64,000 bases of DNA. Origin: Candidatus Saccharibacteria bacterium QS_5_54_17. GTDB taxonomy: Bacteria > Patescibacteriota > Saccharimonadia > QS-5-54-17. Positions 61,721 to 64,000 of the stretch are shown here, piece by piece. A program made the position numbers and the translations under genes. Numbering within the stretch: the first letter of the stretch is position 1; the number at the start of each line of letters is the position of its first letter. The notes below the pieces were generated by a model that had not been told where the DNA came from, did not search any database, and saw only the letters and a program-made list of their open reading frames with translations. The stretch spans positions 4,157 to 68,156 of the forward strand of contig PXOU01000019.1 of NCBI GenBank assembly GCA_003022365.1. Reading direction: 5' to 3'.

Positions 61721-61831
61721 ATGAACGCGGCTCACCTATATCGGGGGTACATGAAGCACCTATGGGCTTTCGATGCTTCGCCAGGGTATTCATCCGGAGC
61801 TCCCGTCAATACCGCGCGTGCGGTGTCTTAG
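61721..61831 (+). CDS. Putative leaderless 36-aa uORF upstream of ileS
   Basis: TTGAGT-17-TATACT, ATG 7 nt later; TAG just before the ileS SD. Confidence 0.4.
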   Translation: MNAAHLYRGYMKHLWAFDASPGYSSGAPVNTARAVS

Positions 61832-61850
61832 ATAACAGGAGTAGCGCCTT

Positions 61851-64000
61851 ATGAGCGGGCAACAGACCAACAAACACCAATTTGCTGAGCTTGAAGAGCA
61901 AATGCTCGAGGTGTGGCAGCAAGAGGATACCTTTCATCAGAGCATCCAAAATCGCCGGAACGCGGAGCGGTTCAGCTTTCTGGACGGGCCGCCGTATGCC
62001 AACGGCTTACCCCACCACGGGCATGTTGTCTCCTCGCTGGTCAAAGACGCGGTCGCCCGGTACAAAACCATGCAAGGCTATTACGTGCCCCGCCAGGCCG
62101 GTTGGGATTGCCACGGGTTGCCGGTGGAGCAGAAGATCGAGAAAGAGCTCGGCTTCAATAGTCGCCAGGAAATCGAGGAGTACGGAATTGATAAGTTCAA
62201 CCAAGCCTGCCGGGAATCAGTTTTCCGCTATAAGACCGAATGGGAACAGTTCATTTCCCGTCTGGGCCGCTGGGTGGATTTCCAAAACGCCTATGCCACG
62301 CTGGAAAACGAATACATCGAATCCATCTGGTGGGTATTCAAACAGATATGGGAGCAGGACTTGGTCTATGAAGATTACAAATCGCTTCCCTACTGCCCTC
62401 GCTGCGCCACGCCGCTGGCCAATTTCGAAGTTAATCAGGGCTATCAAGACAACGTGCCCGACCCTAGTGTCTATGTCAAATTCCAGCTGACGGATGAAGA
62501 TGCGGCCTTGGTCGCTTGGACGACTACCCCCTGGACACTGCCCGGTAACGCGGCTTTGGCCGTCCGTCCCGAGGCGACCTACGCTAAGGTGGTCCACAAC
62601 CAGGAAACGCTCATCGTGGCCAAGGAACGGCTGGAGATACTCAATGGTGAGTACCATCTGAAGGAGGAAATTGCCGGCAGCCAATTGGTGGGCCGGACCT
62701 ACCATCCGTTATTCCAGCTTAACCGGGACCAATTCGACTTTAACGACAATGCCTATTCAGTATGTGGCGCGGACTTTGTTGGCTTGGAGGAAGGGACCGG
62801 CGTGGTGCATATCGCCCCGGCCTTTGGCGGAGACGATCTGGAAATAGCGGTCGCCCGAGATATACCGATTTTACAGACCATCGACTCCCAAGGTTTCGTT
62901 CCCACCGGCATCGGGCTGGAGACTCTGGAAGGCAGCTACTTCAAGCAAGCCGACCCACCTGTCTTGGAAGCACTCGGCCCGGCCCTATTGCACTCGGAAA
63001 CCATACACCACACCTATCCGTTTTGCTGGCGCTGCGACGAGCCCCTGATGTATTACGCCCTGACGACGTGGTTTATCAAAACCGATCAGGAGCAATTAGT
63101 CAAAAACAACCAGAAGATTAACTGGGTGCCCGGCCACATTAAAAGCGGCCGTTTCGGCAAATGGTTGGCGGGAGCACCCGACTGGTCGTTCTCCCGGAAC
63201 CGGTACTGGGGGGCGCCGCTGCCGATATGGCGGAGTGAAGACGGCGAAGTGGTGGTCATCGGCAGCATCGAGGAGTTGCGCCAGCGGGCCATCAACCCCG
63301 AAGTTATCGACGATCTGCACCGGCCCGACATAGACCAGGTCCGGATCAAAACCGACAGCAACAAGGAAGCGGCCAGGGTGGAGGAGGTCTTCGATGTTTG
63401 GTTCGAGTCCGGCGCCGCGCCGTATGCCAGCTATCACTATCCGTTTGAAAATCAGCAAGAGTTCGAGCACGCCTTCCCGGCCGATTTCATCGCTGAAGGC
63501 ATCGACCAAACTCGGGGGTGGTTCTATACCCTGCATGTGGAAGCCAGCAGCCTGTTTGACGAGCCGGCCTTCCGGAACGCGGTGGTTTCCGGTTGGGTGG
63601 TGGCCGCTGACGGACAAAAATTAAGCAAGAAACTAAAGAATTACACCCCAGTCGACGAAGTCTTCGACCATTACGGGGCGGACACGCTGCGGTATTTCAT
63701 GGCAACGAGTCCGGTGGTAAACGGCGAGGACGTGCGGTTTTCGACCGATTATCTGCGCGACATTCAGCGCAATGTCTTCGCCACGCTTTTCAACACCTAC
63801 AATTTCTTCACCATGTATGCGGGCGTAGATAACTGGGCGCCTCCCGGGCAGTTACGGGAGCCGGAAACGGACAATCCACTGGATAGGTGGATTATCGCCC
63901 GGTTGCATCAGACCGTTGCGCAAACAACCAAGCAGGCGGATAATTTCCAAATCATGAAAGCCGCGGCGCCGGTCAAGGACTTGATCGACGACCTCTCCAA
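61851..64000 (+). CDS. ileS: Isoleucyl-tRNA synthetase, type 2 (3' truncated by window; absent from ORF track)
   Basis: Hand translation: DGPPYANGLPHHGH, GWDCHGLPVE, WTTTPWTLP, SRNRYWG, DFIAEGIDQTRGWF, KLSKK; AGGAG SD. Confidence 0.96.
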   Translation, partial: MSGQQTNKHQFAELEEQMLEVWQQEDTFHQSIQNRRNAERFSFLDGPPYANGLPHHGHVVSSLVKDAVARYKTMQGYYVPRQAGWDCHGLPVEQKIEKELGFNSRQEIEEYGIDKFNQACRESVFRYKTEWEQFISRLGRWVDFQNAYATLENEYIESIWWVFKQIWEQDLVYEDYKSLPYCPRCATPLANFEVNQGYQDNVPDPSVYVKFQLTDEDAALVAWTTTPWTLPGNAALAVRPEATYAKVVHNQETLIVAKERLEILNGEYHLKEEIAGSQLVGRTYHPLFQLNRDQFDFNDNAYSVCGADFVGLEEGTGVVHIAPAFGGDDLEIAVARDIPILQTIDSQGFVPTGIGLETLEGSYFKQADPPVLEALGPALLHSETIHHTYPFCWRCDEPLMYYALTTWFIKTDQEQLVKNNQKINWVPGHIKSGRFGKWLAGAPDWSFSRNRYWGAPLPIWRSEDGEVVVIGSIEELRQRAINPEVIDDLHRPDIDQVRIKTDSNKEAARVEEVFDVWFESGAAPYASYHYPFENQQEFEHAFPADFIAEGIDQTRGWFYTLHVEASSLFDEPAFRNAVVSGWVVAADGQKLSKKLKNYTPVDEVFDHYGADTLRYFMATSPVVNGEDVRFSTDYLRDIQRNVFATLFNTYNFFTMYAGVDNWAPPGQLREPETDNPLDRWIIARLHQTVAQTTKQADNFQIMKAAAPVKDLIDDLS

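Noticed and set aside
61882-62490. 202-aa ORF and other alternative-frame or antisense ORFs over core genes (e.g. 58430-59521, 8962-9729)
   Set aside because: Shadows of ileS, nrdJ and fusA; no recognisable motifs
1-64000. Alternative genetic code (TGA=Gly), tRNA/rRNA genes, inteins, parS sites
   Set aside because: TGA ends rplV, rplP, rplN and rplM at expected positions; no cloverleaf, rRNA, intein-size insertion or TGTTTCACGTGAAACA seen by eye

Overview
Core-genome window of a Patescibacteria/CPR bacterium, most likely Saccharibacteria-like. The lineage call is inferred from: no rpmD/adk/map, no pyrH/cdsA/dxr, short EF-Ts and ProRS, class I LysRS, type 2 IleRS, a divergent EF-G, and TGA used as stop. 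Contents: rpoB(partial)-rpoC; str operon; S10/spc/alpha cluster split after rpsJ by a NUDIX + membrane protein + DUF3152 metallopeptidase insert; rplM-rpsI; rluA-rodA; rplU; parAB; lepB; LCP; htrA; rpmE-prfA-prmC; a frameshifted IS481-family element with a 6-bp target duplication; a nested REP-like cluster; rpsB-tsf-frr-uppS-rseP-proS; an orphan histidine kinase; mreBCD-pbp2; greA; lysS/serS; hpf; nrdR-nrdJ; ileS (partial). Main finding: most long spacers of the translation superoperon (rpoC|rpsL, rpsG|fusA, tuf|rpsJ, rplB|rpsS, rpsH|rplF, secY|infA, rpmJ|rpsM, rpsK|rpsD, rplM|rpsI) are each filled by an unannotated 23-57 aa ORF. Each starts at or next to the upstream stop codon and ends on or next to the downstream start codon. 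The peptides are unrelated to each other; I interpret them as candidate 'translational bridge' micro-ORFs. Stand-alone genes appear largely leaderless. Also notable: EF-G with NKxD->NKIN and a rebuilt G5 loop, divergent L4/L22 tunnel loops, and an apparent LysRS-SerRS fusion that is probably an indel. All coordinates and translations outside the supplied ORF track were read by hand.
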